Source: a virus
Length of the DNA stretch: 64,000 nt
Virus record (IMG/VR): IMGVR_UViG_3300028197_000962
Coordinates: 36,190-100,189 of that record
Direction: 5' to 3' (one strand)
Every line of letters begins with the position of its first letter. Positions within the stretch are counted from its first letter, which is position 1. The notes beneath the pieces are model-generated. The model was not told the origin of the DNA, made no database searches, and saw only the letters and a list, made by a program, of their open reading frames with translations. This document shows positions 29,969-43,500 of the stretch, piece by piece. Made by a program: the position numbers and the translations under genes.

Positions 29969-31516
29969 TTAGAATTCTAAAACGATTTTGATGTCTTCTT
30001 TTTGGTTTGACGATCTCAAAACAGATGGTCTGTTATCAATGTAGATTATTTGCCCACTCTGGGGATTAACCTCAGGATTTGAAGTTCCTTTGTCAAACGT
30101 CTGGCCTAGGAAGTAGGTCCTATTATTTAGAACGGTAGAGATACCCGAGAAAGATGTGTCAATAGCAACAGTGGCATTACCACCATTAATATTAAAGGAA
30201 CCACCGTTTGTAAGTGAATTTTGGAATCTTAGTTGTTTATATCCATAGAGTGGATTGACACCAGCAGTAGACGATGTTGCTACTTGACTATCTTGCCAAT
30301 ACTTCAAAACACCAGTAGTATTATCAAAAGAAACAACTCTACCGATTGCAGTTGATCCAACTCCGACATTTTGTGTAATTACATCATCCTCAATAAATGA
30401 GACTTGATTCAATTGACTAGAAGTAACTTTCACTGCATAAACAGTGCTTGCCTTTTCTGATGAAACTCTACTACTTGATCCGTAAATAAGTGGATCTTTA
30501 ACAACACCAATTCTGGCAAATTCATTTCCAGTAATAAAATCGGGGTTAGTGGCATCATTTTCAAGTCTTGAATAGATCATGACTTTACGGGCACCAAGTT
30601 CATTGTAAATATTGGATCCATGACCACCATCTGGTGGAATAATTACATTAGTAACTGCATCCACATTACCTGCAGGATTGACAATACCTGCACCATCCAA
30701 GTCAAGAGTTCCGAATGAATATCCTGATCCACCGGTAGAAACGTCAACAGTTTGAATTTTACCGTCAGCATTAACAGTTACACTTGCCTTTGCGCCTTCA
30801 CCATCACCAAAAATATCTACATTACTATAAGTTAATGCAGTTCCATAACCAACACCTCTATTAGCAACTGTTACAATTTTTATTTGACCACTAGTAGAAG
30901 AATTATCCCTAACTGCTCCAGTATCAGTATTTGAACTCCAATCATTTGGAACAGGAATAAAATTAGTAGAATCAAATCTAAGGATGTCTGATGGAGTTAA
31001 AGTATAGAGATACTTCCAAACATAATCATCTCCACTACTACCAGCTGATCTTGGTTCTAAATCAGTAAACAAAGGTTGATCAAGAGATGGTTTTCCAGTT
31101 GGGTTATCCGGAGAAATACCATTATGCAAACAAATATAAACTCTATAATCTTTATTGATTATATAATATTTTGAATTATATAACGTCGTTGATTTTGAAA
31201 CTGGGGCAAGATTATTTCTACTATAGTCATTTCTATACATGTCATACTTTTCACCGGATGCCCATGTATATTTTTCTACAACTCTTTTCACATCAGAAGA
31301 ATTAATCTTCTTCATAGCTAGCATTGTATCCCAATAACGATTCTCTTCATTAATAGAATCTATTGGAGATGGAGGGTTAGTATTCCAATTAGCGTCAAGA
31401 TTGACGGCATTTGGTAAACCAACCCATGTATAGTAGGAACTACCAGTAGATGATATCCCAGAAACGAAATTATTCGCACTAAGGATACGAAACTGTTCAG
31501 TTATAATCGCAGCCAT
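29969..31516 (-). CDS. gp8: Baseplate wedge subunit gp8
   Basis: MAAIITEQFRI, VYICLHNG, DDYVWKYLYT, QKEDIKIVLEF. Confidence 0.9.
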   Translation of the reverse strand: MAAIITEQFRILSANNFVSGISSTGSSYYTWVGLPNAVNLDANWNTNPPSPIDSINEENRYWDTMLAMKKINSSDVKRVVEKYTWASGEKYDMYRNDYSRNNLAPVSKSTTLYNSKYYIINKDYRVYICLHNGISPDNPTGKPSLDQPLFTDLEPRSAGSSGDDYVWKYLYTLTPSDILRFDSTNFIPVPNDWSSNTDTGAVRDNSSTSGQIKIVTVANRGVGYGTALTYSNVDIFGDGEGAKASVTVNADGKIQTVDVSTGGSGYSFGTLDLDGAGIVNPAGNVDAVTNVIIPPDGGHGSNIYNELGARKVMIYSRLENDATNPDFITGNEFARIGVVKDPLIYGSSSRVSSEKASTVYAVKVTSSQLNQVSFIEDDVITQNVGVGSTAIGRVVSFDNTTGVLKYWQDSQVATSSTAGVNPLYGYKQLRFQNSLTNGGSFNINGGNATVAIDTSFSGISTVLNNRTYFLGQTFDKGTSNPEVNPQSGQIIYIDNRPSVLRSSNQKEDIKIVLEF

Positions 31517-31533
31517 TTTAACTTTTTTCTAGT

Positions 31534-31540
31534 TATTTAT
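31534..31540 (-). promoter_or_regulatory. Late promoter ATAAATA overlapping the gp7 stop
   Basis: Core motif ~18 nt upstream of the gp8 start. Confidence 0.7.
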
Positions 31541-34500
31541 GTTAGATAACCAACTGATTTTAGGGGTAGACTCCTTAAAATCAATGGTCCGGTGGATATG
31601 CCAGTAAATCCATTACTTAGTGAAGGTGTAAATGTTTTCGCAATACCAGATCTAGTGAACGATTTAAGTTGACCCCAACTATATCTACCGAAGAATTGAC
31701 TATGACCAATTCCTGTTATACCGTTGAGACTATCAACATTTACTGTAACCTTAACAACATGGGTTGTTCCGATTCCAACTGCTTCCGTTGTTGCAATAGA
31801 AACAGATGCTGCCTCATACACATTGTCTAAACAAGTTGTTCCAATTCCAAGAACGGAACCACCAAGATCAAGCGATGTAACTCCTTGACCAATATTGGAA
31901 TCAAATACAACAAATGGATATCCACTTGCAATATTCGGAATTGTTCTTGCAGCACCAGGACCCATAAATGCGGTGCTTCTCAAAATAGAATTCGATGGAA
32001 TAAGAAGATCAAATACAAGTTTTGTAGGAGATGCTGTAGAAACTCCACTAATAACTCCATAATCACCTGCATAGTTTACACTCTTAATTTCTTCTACTTC
32101 AAAGTTTGGAGGAGTAAGCAGAATGACAGGTGGATTGCTGAATGTATATCCAGCACCAGCGTTACTTACATTGATTGAAGTAACTGCTGTTCCAGTTATG
32201 GACGCAATAGCAGTTGCTCTGGTTGCAGAACCAAGACCAACACTATTGGCAATAGAAACTAATGGTGCCGTCGTGTATCCAAGACCAGAGTTTGTGATAC
32301 TGATTGAAGCAACAGTACCAAAACCAGATATAATAGCGGTAGCTGCTGCTCCAATTTTAAGATCTTGATTTATAATTCTTACTGTTTGTAAGTCACTTCT
32401 CAAAGATTCTGGATAACTATCAAATGCAGCAACACTATCCACCCAGATTTCAGTAGAACCTAAACCAACTGGTTTAATAATATGTGTTTCTGGGAAAATT
32501 CTTGCAGCATAAAGGTCTCTATCTTTTGTTACAGCATTTCCATCTAAGAATAAATCTTCCTGTTGTTTGCACCACATCATTGGTCTTTGAAGTGTTGCAT
32601 CAGTTCTTAAACCGGGCCCTTGATATGGAGATGTAGCGAAAGCATCAGCAGTTGTGATACCAGATACAAATCTTGTATCCTGAATAAACTCGAATGAATT
32701 CTGATCTTTACCTGCAGTAATTCTAACGGTATCTCCGGTTTTAATTGTTTCAATAATATCTTTACTAATAACATCAACACCACCAGTTCCGCGATAGAAC
32801 ATAATCGAACATGTGTCACCAACTTTTGGTGCTTCTATAAATGTAATGTTTGAACCACCATTAAATCGATATGCAACTCCTGGTTCTTGTAAAATGTCAT
32901 TCAAGAATACTAAGATAGTTTGTTCAACATCAATTAAAGATCCTTTTTGTGCTCTAATGGAAGTTGTTGCTTCTCCCTTTTTCAAAGTGAAGACCTTAGA
33001 TTCTCCATCGAAGAAGGAATCAAGTTTATCAAATACATCTAAATCACCAAATCTCCATCCTGTAAATTTGTCAGAAGAAATTCTACTTAAATTAATTCTA
33101 AAATCATTTACCCCAGCACCAACGAATCTATGGATGTATGAAGAACCTGATTGAGCAGGACCAACATCGAAAGTAATTGAATCAGAGGAAATTGAAGTAA
33201 CTGTGCGACCAGTTCCCGATGCAGGATCAGTTGGTCTTGGATAACCAATCTGTTGTTTGAATTGATCACTATCACAAGAGAAGATTAACGACTCATCAAC
33301 CAAAGTAATTTGATCAGTTACCACAATAGTGTGAATACCAATAGTTGCAGTAATAACACCAGAAACAGCATCGTATGCTGCAAACTCAACTTTATAGTTA
33401 TTAGTACCAAATCCAATAGGAGTAGTAGAAATACTATAAGTTGGTATACCAGTAACTCCACCTTTTGGAACTGTTAAAATTTCTCCGGCTTTAAATCCAT
33501 ATCCACTATTAATAATATCAAAACCAGATACATTAGAGTTTTGTGAAACTTTTATGTCAATATAAGCATTTGTTCCAATTTTAGATCCAGGAGAATCTGG
33601 ATGATAAATTAATGGAATACGTGTATATGGAATTGGGTCATCAAAGACAACAATCGGAGGATTGCTGAATGTATACCCTGTACCAGGATTTGTAATGGTA
33701 ACACTAGTGATGTTGCCATTTGATACAATTGCCGTACCAATAGATGTTACATTAACAGTGTCAATGTCACTAGTTCTAAGACCAACATTATAATCCAATT
33801 CAAGAACAACTCCATTAAGAGTTGCAATTCCCGATCTATATCCAGAACCACTATTACCAATACTAATAGAGGTTATAGTTCCAAATCCACTAACATTAGC
33901 AGTTCCGCCAGCAGCCACTAATGGTTGATAACCATAACCTTGACTAGAACCAACTGAAATAATGACACCACCAACAGGAATACTACCGGTGTTTACATCA
34001 TTTGTGACAGATGCCGCGAATCCACTGAATACGACAGATGTGATACCAGCGTTTTCAGTAAACTCGAAATCATTAATTCTAGAACCCTGAGATGGAATTT
34101 GTACAATATCGTTAATTAGAATAAGACCATGAGTGGTGCTAAATGCCTCAACGTTAACTCCATCTTGTCTGAGAGTGAAAGTTTTGCCAACACCAGTCAA
34201 TTCTGTTGATATGGAATCAAATAAGTAATTGGTTGCATAAGTATGTGTAGAAGTTCCAACTAAACCACTTCTTATGAAAGATCTTCCTTGGAAAGTGGAT
34301 GTGGTTTGAATTCCAGTATAATCAATATCATCTGGGTCAGTTCCTTCTTTTGGAACTAATCCATTAGGAGCAGTGTAAAAATTAATAGTATTTTGAACAA
34401 TATTATAACTACCTTCATATTTTTCTACTTTGGCACCAAGAGCGTGAGTAGCAAACCCAGTTCCCATCCATCCTCTTTGAACTACTAACACGTTAGTGCT

Positions 34501-37500
34501 TCCAAATCCAACTTGATTGATTTTCACAAATTCGCCATCAACTTTTAGTAAGTCTCCACCAATGAATGAAGTTATACCAGAAAGTCTCATAAATTCTCCA
34601 CCAAAAGACATTTCCTCAACCAAAGCGTGCTCAACGTTGCCAGGAATAACGGGATCTTGAATATTGTTGTCAAGAGCAACAATACACTTGGTGTTTTGAT
34701 CTTGTGATAAGAATTGATGTATGGTTCCAATACCAGAAGTTGTTAGATTTAAATAATTTCCAACCGTCGATGAAAGTGCTTTTGATGGTGTTTCAGCAAG
34801 ACGAATTGATTTGTCATCAACTTTAATAGCGTACACATACTCAGGAAGTTTATCAGTGCTTCCATATCCAGCAATCGTTGTGGTTTTAATTCCAATTGAT
34901 GATGTCGTTCCAGAACCAGTTGGGTTATACTGCAATCTTTCACCAGATGCAAAGAAGTGATTTGGCAGTAAAATTAAATCTTCATCGGTATCAACAACCA
35001 AAGGATTACTGGCATCAAAGTCCTTACCAAAGATGCTAAATCCATCATGAGTTAACTCAAATGCTCTCTTAACATCTGCTTGTGTATTTGTATAAGATCC
35101 TCTAAAACTTTCAACTTTGGTGTCAAAAAGATTTAATTGGAAAAGATCATCAACACCACCCTTGGTTTCAGAAGCAGAAGTAATAAGAGTTTTGACTCTT
35201 ACATTTGTAAGAGGTGGCGCAACATAAATTACGTTATAGTTATTGCCATCAACAATAGCGGTAATAGTGCCAATACCTGAATTTTCAAGAATATTATCAT
35301 CCTCAATATTACCATATTGTGATTCATAGATGATTTTAGAACTATCGATCATGTAGATACCTTCAAGTAACTCATATCGATCATTAGTAACATCATGAAT
35401 GTTAATAAGGATATGAGCAGCTTCTGATTTATCAGTGCTATTACCAAAAGTGGCAATAGTAGTAATACCAGGAGATCCTGCTGATGGAATATCTGAATAT
35501 TGTGCTTGAAGATCACCAGTGGTTAGGTTGATTGTACCAATACCAAGAGTAGATACTCCACCTAAGAATTGTTGAGTAAAGATATTAAAACTAATACCAG
35601 TTCCAACTACACCTGCCTGAGGAGTTGCATTGAGATAATAAACACCACCAGAAACGTAAGAACTAAACGTTGCAATACCATTAATATCTGCTGCTACGGT
35701 GCTTTTATCTATATTTGACATATTGGCATACTCAATACCATATGTTAAATTATTATTGTGAAGTGAGTTGATGTTTAAAACTTCATAGTTAGACCCAGCA
35801 CTCATCTGCACTTGGAACTTATGACCAGCATCATATTGCGAAACTGGAATAGAGAGAATATTAACTGCTGTCGTAACACCAGGGTTAATCTTACTTCCTT
35901 TTGAAGCTACCTCAACAATATCACCAACAGTGTGAATACCAACCAATGTAGAAATACCAACAGCATGATGAATATCTCTGTCTACATTATAGACTAGTCC
36001 ACGAAGTTCAAAATCATTTGTGCCATAATCATTTGGATAAAATAACAGTTGACCTTCACTACCATTAACAACAAAATCAAAATATCCATTTAAGTCTTTT
36101 ATGCCATCCGTTATAGCATACTCTTGGATATATCCATTACCACCATCATCGACCATAAGTTCGACGATTTCCATTCTTCTAGTATCGATAAATTGCTTAT
36201 CGTTGGTTAAGATAAAATACTTTCTAAAACGAGTTCCTGAAAGTGCAAAAGTATCGACAATTTCAAATCTGGTTGCTCTTGGAATATTATTAAATTGATC
36301 AGATATGTTGTCAATTTTTAACACTCTATTGCCAACAGACTCTTCAAAATCTGCAATTGGAATGTTTCTTGTTATAATTTCATCAGAAAGGAAAGACCCG
36401 GAGATAAGTTTTGAATTTTCAGAAACAAAATCAAAGTCGTATCTACAATATGTTTCTAATTGAGTAATTAAGTCTACAAATAACTCAAGACCACTACTAG
36501 ATACCGATGCCTTATTGAAAGTTTCATCCCTAGATTCAATTTGTAAATCAGCAAATTTCTTAAATCCACCAGTATGATTCATGGAAGAAACAATATCATT
36601 CCAAGTATCATATGCAATTTGTGATTTTAGAGAATATGAGAAATATTGATAATAATCACTATCAATTATTCTTTGAGAATTTACACTTGGTTTACCAGTA
36701 TTTTTCTGCCACCCCAAAATAAGTTCTTCGACACCAACAATATCATAGAAAGAATTTACGTTAATCTTTTCAGACACTTTACCTATTGTCCCAGAACCAA
36801 GACCTCTTACAATATCACCAACAAGAACTTCTTTGATAACATTAACTTTTAGAATTTTATTGGAATTGTCCCAAGATGATACTTTTCCATTTTTTGATTC
36901 TAAGACATTTGTAATTACAATATCTTCATTGATAGAGAAGTTGTTTTTTACGAGATTTGGGGCAAAAATTGGGAAATCTTCAAAGGGAATAATTCTTCCA
37001 GAAGATTTCGTAGTTACATATGTTCCGGGATTGGTTACAGTAGAATCTAACTTATAAGTTACAGATCCAATACCACCAATATTCTCATCGACATTAGTAA
37101 CCTCAAAGAACTTGAAATTATAATCTGGAGAGTTATAACCACTTCCTTCTGATGAAATACCAATACCTTCAATGAATACTTTTTTACCAACTGAGAATGG
37201 GAAAGATGTAGATGTTGAGAATCCAATATTTAATTGAATAGTAACTTCTTTTGTAACTGTATTGAATCCAACAGTATTGATACCAACACCATTGGAGTTA
37301 TTGACAGTAATGATATTAGGAGCAACATCAGAAAGATTCTTAGCATTTTCCCTGATATTAATCTTGGAAATAGAACCGTTTTTAACTTCTGCTTGAAGAG
37401 ATACATTCTCAACTTTTTTGTTGGTGAATGCATCAATAACAACTAAATTAGGTTCAATATTATATCCATTGCCACCAGAAGAAATTCCAATACTACCAAA

Positions 37501-40500
37501 AGAATTTAATTCTTCAATTCTAAGAATTTCAGGAGTATTAGTAATTACTTTAAGAGTTGGATCTGATGGATAGTTATAACCAGTGCTCTTCTTACGAGTT
37601 TTGACGATAGATCCCATATCACCATTAATTCTAATCAATCCACCAGAACCAGTAGTAGATCCGATGGAAGTTACTCCTGGCAATTCCTTATAGTTTATAT
37701 TATTAGTTTTAATGTTAACGGAATCGATTGCTCCTGCTGCATTGAGTGATTTATGGGTATAATAAAAAGTACCATCAGTTATTGAAGTATAAGAAGATGT
37801 TTCTGGTTCTGAATTTAGATTAAATTTAAATTCAGTTGTAGTAATACCAGTCGGATACTCATTAACCTGATATGCACTATTAACAACGTTAATGGTATTA
37901 GCAAAATTTTGTTCAGTATCTTCAAATATCTCAGTTTTTGATGTTGGAGAAAGATCAACATTAATTGGAGTAAATTTGTAATATAATACTTCCGGAATAA
38001 ATGTACTGGTTTTTAAATTTACAGCAGATGAAGTTGTTACTCCAATAGTTCCAATTCCTTGAACTTCAAAAGTTTTTGATTCTTTTGTAGTAATAAATTT
38101 ATTCTTATATTTGGGATCCTCGAAGAAGTCAAGATCAAAGGCAGATATTTTCGTACCAGAAACACGAATTGCTAACGAAGAATCTGTCGTAGCAAATGAT
38201 ACAACATTACCACGTGTAACATTGACTTTGGGATTAATTGAAGATACAAAATGTTCACCTGAACCAGTGCTACCTAATGGAACTGGTGTTGGGTTTGAAC
38301 CCACTGCATCAACTTTATTTTGTGCTAATTTTAAATTATTTGAGTCAAGTATAATAGCATAATACATGCTTTGATCGGAAAGTCCGACAGGTGCATTTCC
38401 AGTAGTTGTATAGATTACTTTATCACCATTATTCAAATTATGATTTGGAACATTAATTGTATTAGTGAAAGAACTGACGCCTGTTGGTTCAAATTTCTTC
38501 CTATCAAATACTATTCTACGATTATAATCGTTGTATTGAACAAATACATTTTTCTGTATATTTGGTAGAGAAACAATTTGAATATTATCGTTAAACGATA
38601 ATCCATGTGCTTCTTTTGTTGTTAAGACAGCTTCATAGATATTGGCATTTCCTGTAATAGGATTAGTTTCTGCTTTGAAACTATGAGTTACTCCGACACC
38701 AGAAACTGTAAATGCCAATTGAATCGCAGTTGATCCAAGACCAACAAAAGATCCAGTAGAACCTAATCCAACCTTTGTGGTTGAGATTCCAAGTAAATTA
38801 CTAGACTCTTTGATTGCATATACGGTGGATTGATCAGCAAGGACAAATGTACCGATACCATCAGAAACTTCGACCGAAGTTCCACCACCATTAGAATAAG
38901 TTAACGTATCACCAGTGTTAAATGAGTGATTGGGGATGAAAACAGTCTTGATAGGAATAATTCTACTTGTATAAGCAGTTCCTGGTTGATAATCAGCATT
39001 TCCTTGTAAATGAGGAGGTGCAATATTGTTATGTGTCTGATATACAATTGTTGTACCAATACCAACAACAGAAGCTGTTATTCCAAGACCAACTACTTGT
39101 GATGGATCAAAATATCTTTGGAATGTTGGTGGATTACTTATGAATGTAGTAAACCCAACATCAAATGTAAACTTGTTACGGATATCAAGAGCAATCGTTC
39201 CAGAAGAATATGCGTATCCAACTGTTCCATTATAATTTCTTTGAACTCTCATTACAGAGTTTAGTGGATCAACATTAAGAACTTTTAATTGTTCAAGATT
39301 TTCAACAGACTGTCCAATACCAATGATTGAGTTTTCTCTAACGTAGAGGGGGTCATATGGTCCGTTAAGGTGGATGTTAGTGGTTAAACCAGTATTGGTA
39401 GGGGAATCAAGGAATTCGTTCAGAATCCAAATTCTTTGAAGGTTGCTTATATTTTGAGTGCCCTTCAAATTTGCATAAGAATGCGTTGATAATCCTGAAA
39501 TGACTGCACGGTTCTTGTTCTCAAAATTATGAGGTGAAGTGCAATATCCAACTGCTAATCCACCACCAACAAATAATTCAAAGTTTTCGGAAGTAATAAT
39601 TGAAGAACCAATTGATACAATATCTTTACCAACAATTCTATCAACACTTACTCTTGCACCTCTACCAAAAAGAGGTTGTTTTGATAGATTAATTGGATCC
39701 CCACTTTTATAACTGGTTCCAGCAGAAACAATGTTGTAATCAGTAATTCCACCTTTCCTAGTAGATTCGATGACAGACTCTTGTCTGATATCTCTTGTAC
39801 TATCATTCAAATACTCATTATATCCATAAAGTTCACTGGTTTTTGTTGGTTTGGTGTTTCTAAACAAATCATTATATTGAAAATCAATTTGATTATTTTT
39901 TCTATTGAAATTGAATTCAGATGGCACTGAATGATATGAATCACCAAGCAAATATGGGAATGCAGGTTCTTTAAAGTTTTTAAATGGACCATCTCCATTA
40001 GGTCTGCCACTGTTTATTGTCGCAAAATATGCATAGGTTCCATTCGGGAAATCAGGAGTTTTGCAGAATCTTCCATTGTGCTCATCTAAGTTCCCACTAT
40101 TTTGGAAAGAATAGTCTTCAATAAAGAATCCAACAGGGAATGCACTTGGTCTATCAATACTAGGATTAAGTTCATACCCAGATTTGACTGCTGTAATAGC
40201 TCCACCGTTAATATTGCTATATGCATATGGACCGTAGATTGGATGCCCATCGTTTGCCCATCCAATAATTGGAGAGTGACTTACAGATGGAACTTCAAGT
40301 CCATCCTGTTTTATCAAATCAAAAGTGTTTGCACCAAATGCATCTGTTCCATCCTCATTCTTTGCATATGTGATTTCTCTTAATGCTCTGGGAGCACTCA
40401 TTGAAACATAAGTTCCCTTTGAGTATTCATTGCTACTAGTAGCAATTAGAGAATCATCTACACCCAACAGACTTTTTTTCTGTTCAAATTGGTTAACGTT

Positions 40501-43500
40501 CCAATATTTAATTTTTGCAGCTGCCTTAGCATTCTGGCCATTTGGAATAACATCAACAAAAGTTGTGTTGGTACTAAAACCAGATCCACCATTATTAATT
40601 TTAACAGAAATGATTTTCCCTTTTGTTAAAATTGGAGTTAATTCAGCATTTTTTCCTAAACCAGATACAGTCAACTCAGGAGAGGAATTATATCCCTCTC
40701 CTCCATTAAGCACAAAAACTTCTTTAATTGCTGATCCCTCGATCACTGCTTTTAGTTGAGCTCCACTACCATTTTCAAAACTAATTGATGGTTGACGTTC
40801 AAAATTAATAGACTCAGAAGAACCATATGCAATACCACCACGTTCTAAATTAATTTTAGAAATTGATCCTCTAAATTTTGGTTTTAGTTTTGATTTAAAT
40901 GTAAGACTATTTGTTGTTGCAATACCAATATTGCCCCTAATACTAACATTAATTTCAGGGTAATTGAAAATATGAGTGCTAGCAGATCCAACAGATGTAA
41001 AATCAACAAATATTTTATTGTCAAAATTATAAGATGAGAATTGAGTTCCAATTCCAGCTGATGATAATTTGAATAGATCATCATCTACACGTGTAACCAA
41101 ATATTGTTGATCTGTGGTCAATCCAGAAATAGATGATCCTTCAAATCTGTATTGAATTTTTTCACCAGTATTGAATCCATGACCAATAAAAGATATTTGA
41201 TCTGTGCTAGTATTGATTCCAGTTGGTGATACTTTAATTATATTGTTACTATACCCTTCACCACCAGACACTACCGTAATAGATGATAGGATTTTTTTCT
41301 CATTTACCGTAGTAAAGTATTGGTTGCCTTCTCCAAAACTGGTAATACTAATTGTACTAACACCAGCAAGAGCGGCGCTTCTAAGACCATGTAGGGTTAC
41401 CTCATTAAGAGATCTGACATTTACATAGTAAATTGAATTATTAACTAAATTTCCAAGGGGAGTTAATGAATTGGCATTATAAACAACAGCATCTGCATTT
41501 CTAAAACGATGATATGTAGTAAATCCAATTGTATTATCAGTTAGTGAAATATTTCCACCGCCAGCACTTACATTAGTAAAAGCAACTGTTTTTTCTGATT
41601 TAAGATTTGCCTTGGCTTTTGCTCCTCTTCCATTACCACCAGAAATGTCAATAACTGGTTCATCTAAAAAGTCATAACCACTATCATCTACTTCAATTTC
41701 TTCTAGACCACCAACAACTGTGGCTGTTGCTGTTGCACCAGATCCAATATTGTCAGAAATAACTAAATTTGGCGGATTAATAACATCATAGTTAGATCCA
41801 CCTACTAAAACGCTGATACCGGTTAAATTGCCATAAAAACAATAATCTTCTGATTTGTATGAGTGTGCATCAACACCATTAATTAAAACTCCAATTTTAC
41901 CAGGAACAATACCAATTTTTTTATCAGGGACTTCAATAAACCTAGGAATTTTTGTAATTCCATAGGAACTGTCTATTTGATTATTATAAGATTTGATGGG
42001 GAAGATAATTTGATTGCTAGCGATTCCAGTAACATCAACAAATTTGTTAGCAATAATATTTGCTCTGGATTCTGCTAATTTAAAACTATCAGCATCGATT
42101 CTCTTAATAAAATATTTTCCTTCTAACAAACTACCAAGAGTTCTTTCAGTAGTAATTGCAATCGGTTCTCCATAATCGGTTACAAGTTCTACGAATTTGT
42201 CTGGACGATAATATACCTCATCTCCATTAAAAAATCCATGTTCACTGTAATCAATTGTATCCCCACTTATGATGAGAGGAGCAGTTGAGCTCTTACCATT
42301 ATCGGTTAATATGACATTACCTGTTTTAGTATCAGTAGGATTGCTATATTTTGGTAATGAGTGTGATACAATATAAACCGAATCGTTAGAATCGTAGAAA
42401 GATTTAAGAACGTTAGCGGGTAAAGTATTGACAACACTATTTTGAGAATTAACCTTTGATATCAATCTTCTTACTTCACCACCTCTATCAGGATCAAATC
42501 CAGACAATCCAGAAACATCAAAGGTGAATTCTGTGACAATGTTATTGACTACACCACTTGTTTCTAATCCAGTAGTAGTAATAACTTGAATTGAATCTCC
42601 AATACTCAGACCATGTGGTTGTTTACTCTCAATCTGATATAGAGAAATAATATTTGGATTTTGACCTAACTGGTTTTGGTTAAGAATTCTTGCAAGTTTG
42701 ATATCAAATCTAGATGTTTCATTTGATAATAAAGAATCCGTTACAATATTAATCTTTGAATATCCCAAAGATTGGTTTTTGATTACATCTCCCGCTACAA
42801 AATAAGGAGTTGCCAGATCTGGTGCCTTAATTCTGAAAGTGCCAAGAGATCCTTTAATCCTGAATTCAAATTCACTACCATCAGATAAAATACCATATGA
42901 TTTGATATTTTGAAAGACTTCTTGCTTATCTAAGACACCATTAACTATCCCGTCAAGATTCAAGAATTGAGTTATATTTTTTGAGGTATATGAAACAATA
43001 CCAATGTCATTGTTTGAAAATAAGACTTGAAGTTCTCCCTCAGAAGGAAAACCAATGGTGGATTCAACGTCAATAAATGTAGATGCAACAGAAACGTTAC
43101 CAATTACTTTTGTTTGGGGGGTAATTTTAAAATTACCGAAAATTGACCCTACAACATTAATATCTTTTGGTTCTGAATAATCTAAATCAATTTGGAAAAA
43201 CTGTTTACCATCTACAACAAATCTTTCGGATTTAACAACAGATCCGGAAGCAATAACTTCACCTTTATCATTTTCTTGAAAAACGTTCTTAGTAACGAAT
43301 CCTGTTAAGTATGCTTCGGTGGTATCAATTGATTGATCTGTTGGCTCTACATTTAGTCTAAGAATTTTGCGATATTCTGCATTTGAGGGAGCAAATAAAT
43401 CATCTTGTGGTTTTAATACTTCTACCTTTTCATTATATAAAGCTTTGAACAGAATTTCAAACGCATCAGAAGTTCCTTTTGATCTATAAAAATCACTACC

